Below are positions 62,220 to 64,000 of a DNA stretch of 64,000 nucleotides, in pieces. The position numbers and the translations under genes were made by a program. The stretch is from an uncultured Alphaproteobacteria bacterium (GTDB lineage Bacteria; Pseudomonadota; Alphaproteobacteria; HIMB59; GCA-002718135), in assembly GCA_902607435.1 (NCBI GenBank), contig CACLJX010000004.1, positions 23,794 through 87,793 on the forward strand. The letters are read 5' to 3'. The notes under the pieces are model-generated. The model saw only the letters and a list, made by a program, of their open reading frames with translations. It was not told the origin of the DNA and searched no databases. The number at the start of each line of letters is the position of its first letter. Position 1 is the stretch's first letter.

Positions 62220-63266
62220 TTAATTAATTGGGAAAATAAATATTTGTTTGTTGTCAACTTCTATACCTACAGCCGTTGCTTGTTTGGGTAGAAAAGTAGG
62301 AGACATATGACTATGAACATGTAAAACTTCATTATTTTTATCTAAAACTGATAAATGAATAAAGCTAAACGAGCCCATTAATTTTGATGCCATTACAGTT
62401 CCTTTAATTCCGTTAACGGGAGTCTTTTCTTCGCTTAAATTTATTGCCTGTGGTCTGATGATTATTTCTACTTTTTTTGAATTAAGATTGGTTGGAACAG
62501 GAAAATCTCCAATAGGAGTATTAATCATTGAGTTTTGTACAGTTCCTTTAAACTTATTTGTTTCTCCAAAGATTTCTGCAACATAAGAATTAGAAGGTTT
62601 ATTATACAGATCTTGAGGTGTTCCTGATTGAACAATTGATCCATCTTTTTGCATTATATGAATTTGATTGGAAATAAACATTGCTTCAAAAGGATCATGA
62701 GTTACTACAATTACTGAAATATTAAATTTTTGAAGAAGGTGTAAAGTATCATCCCTTATTTCTTCCTTCAAACTTAAGTCTAGGCTTGAAAATGGTTCAT
62801 CAAGTAATAATAAATCTGGTTGTGCAATAATTGATCTTGCCAAAGCAACACGTTGTTGTTCTCCACCACTTAGCTCATGAGGATATTTATTCTCAGCATT
62901 AGACAACTTAATTAATTTTGTAATTTCTCCAATTTCTTGGTTATTATTCTTTTTCATTGCAAATTTTAAATTTTGTTCAACTGTCAAATGTGGAAACAAT
63001 GCATAATCTTGAAATAGAAAACCAATATTTCTTTTTCCTGTATCGAGATGAATGTTGGGTGAACTTACGAGGTTATCATTCATGTAAATTTCACCTTGTT
63101 GAATTTTTTCTAAACCCGCAATTAATTTAAGTAAAGTTGTTTTACCACAACCAGAAGGTCCAAGAACACATGCAATTTTGTCAGTTTCTAAGCTTAGAGA
63201 AATATCTTTTAATATAGTTTGTTGTTTAATTTTGTAATTTATATTTTTAATATTTAGTGCAAGCAT
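62220..63266 (-). CDS. Fe(III) ABC transporter ATP-binding protein (FbpC family)
   Basis: GPSGCGKTT, FQDYALFPHL, LSGGEQQR, LDEPFS, TOBE-like tail. Confidence 0.88.
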   Translation of the reverse strand: MLALNIKNINYKIKQQTILKDISLSLETDKIACVLGPSGCGKTTLLKLIAGLEKIQQGEIYMNDNLVSSPNIHLDTGKRNIGFLFQDYALFPHLTVEQNLKFAMKKNNNQEIGEITKLIKLSNAENKYPHELSGGEQQRVALARSIIAQPDLLLLDEPFSSLDLSLKEEIRDDTLHLLQKFNISVIVVTHDPFEAMFISNQIHIMQKDGSIVQSGTPQDLYNKPSNSYVAEIFGETNKFKGTVQNSMINTPIGDFPVPTNLNSKKVEIIIRPQAINLSEEKTPVNGIKGTVMASKLMGSFSFIHLSVLDKNNEVLHVHSHMSPTFLPKQATAVGIEVDNKQIFIFPIN

Positions 63267-63366
63267 TTTTTAATATTATCTTTCAAAAGATATTTATATT
63301 AATCAATATATAAATATATTTTTTTTTATTTTATTTGGAAAATAAAGAAAATAATTACTATTTTTT

Positions 63367-63383
63367 TTTAGAATTATTCCAAA
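63367..63383. promoter_or_regulatory. Irr (ICE) box upstream of the Fe ABC ATPase
   Basis: TTTAGAATTATTCCAAA, 17/17 match to TTTRGAAYNRTTCYAAA. Confidence 0.7.
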
Positions 63384-63400
63384 AATTCAACATAAATGTT

Positions 63401-64000
63401 CTAAATTTTAACAGGAGGATACTGTTTTGATACTTGTGGGATCCACTCTTTTAATTTTTTGATGCGGTTTTTAGGAGAGGGGTGAGTACTAAAAAATTCT
63501 GTTTGACCAGATCCGCCCATAGCTTCTTGCATTCGCTCCCAAACAAGATAAGATTCTTGAGTATTATAATTAGATAAACTCATAAATACCAAACCAAGAT
63601 AATCAGCTTCTGATTCCTGACTACGATTAAATGGCAATTCTAATCCTAATTGTCTAAGTTGCCCATACAATTGACGTGAGTGTCTAGTCATACTTGTTCC
63701 AAGGACTAATCTTTCAAAAGCATAAGTTCCTGCATCCATTAGCATTGCTCTACTTGCGCGTTCCGCACTGTGTCTTGCTACGGCATGTGCTATTTCGTGT
63801 GCCATAATTGAAGCTAAACCATCATTATTTTTTGCAATAGGAAGTATACCTGAATAAACAGCAATCTTTCCACCTGGCATACACCATGCATTTTTAGTTT
63901 GATCATCATTAACTAAAATAAATTCCCATTGGAAATTATCTGTTGGATTTTTTTCACCTTTATTTGCGTAATATACGCCAATAGCATCCTTTATATTAAA
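63401..64000 (-). CDS. M48 family metallopeptidase (5' partial)
   Basis: Frame open to window end; NAWCMPGGK, HEIAH, ESEAD, FFSTHP. Confidence 0.92.
   Translation of the reverse strand, partial: FNIKDAIGVYYANKGEKNPTDNFQWEFILVNDDQTKNAWCMPGGKIAVYSGILPIAKNNDGLASIMAHEIAHAVARHSAERASRAMLMDAGTYAFERLVLGTSMTRHSRQLYGQLRQLGLELPFNRSQESEADYLGLVFMSLSNYNTQESYLVWERMQEAMGGSGQTEFFSTHPSPKNRIKKLKEWIPQVSKQYPPVKI

Overview
Gene-dense, very AT-rich chromosomal segment from a streamlined alphaproteobacterium (SAR11-like or related marine lineage; inferred from gene order and composition). It probably spans the replication origin: lptE-holA / parB-parA-rsmG-mnmG-mnmE (two parS sites) / acetoacetyl-CoA ligase-qor / rho / ~400 bp AT-rich gap / maf-aroE-coaE-dnaQ-tim44-lysozyme-smr. 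It continues with a lipid A modification cluster, hslVU, his genes, rph-hrcA-grpE-dnaK-dnaJ-dapB-nth, a nucleoside ABC transporter and salvage genes, cysS-thrS-hisI-ribA, a pab/fol operon, malate synthase A, a small HSP with a ROSE-type thermometer and a split Fe(III) ABC transporter. I saw no rRNA, tRNA, CRISPR, transposase or integrase. Best leads: (1) a FolE-less pabBAC-folPBK operon overlapping a divergent TrpF-like gene, with a stand-alone ribA nearby, as a candidate dedicated RibA+TrpF bypass into pterin synthesis; (2) a tandem double-PAP2 (LpxE+LpxF-like) fusion coupled to an RgtD/ArnT-like transferase, as a candidate phosphate-free lipid A system; (3) a T4-type lysozyme in the slot normally held by mltA. 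All calls are by eye from motifs and synteny; no searches were run.
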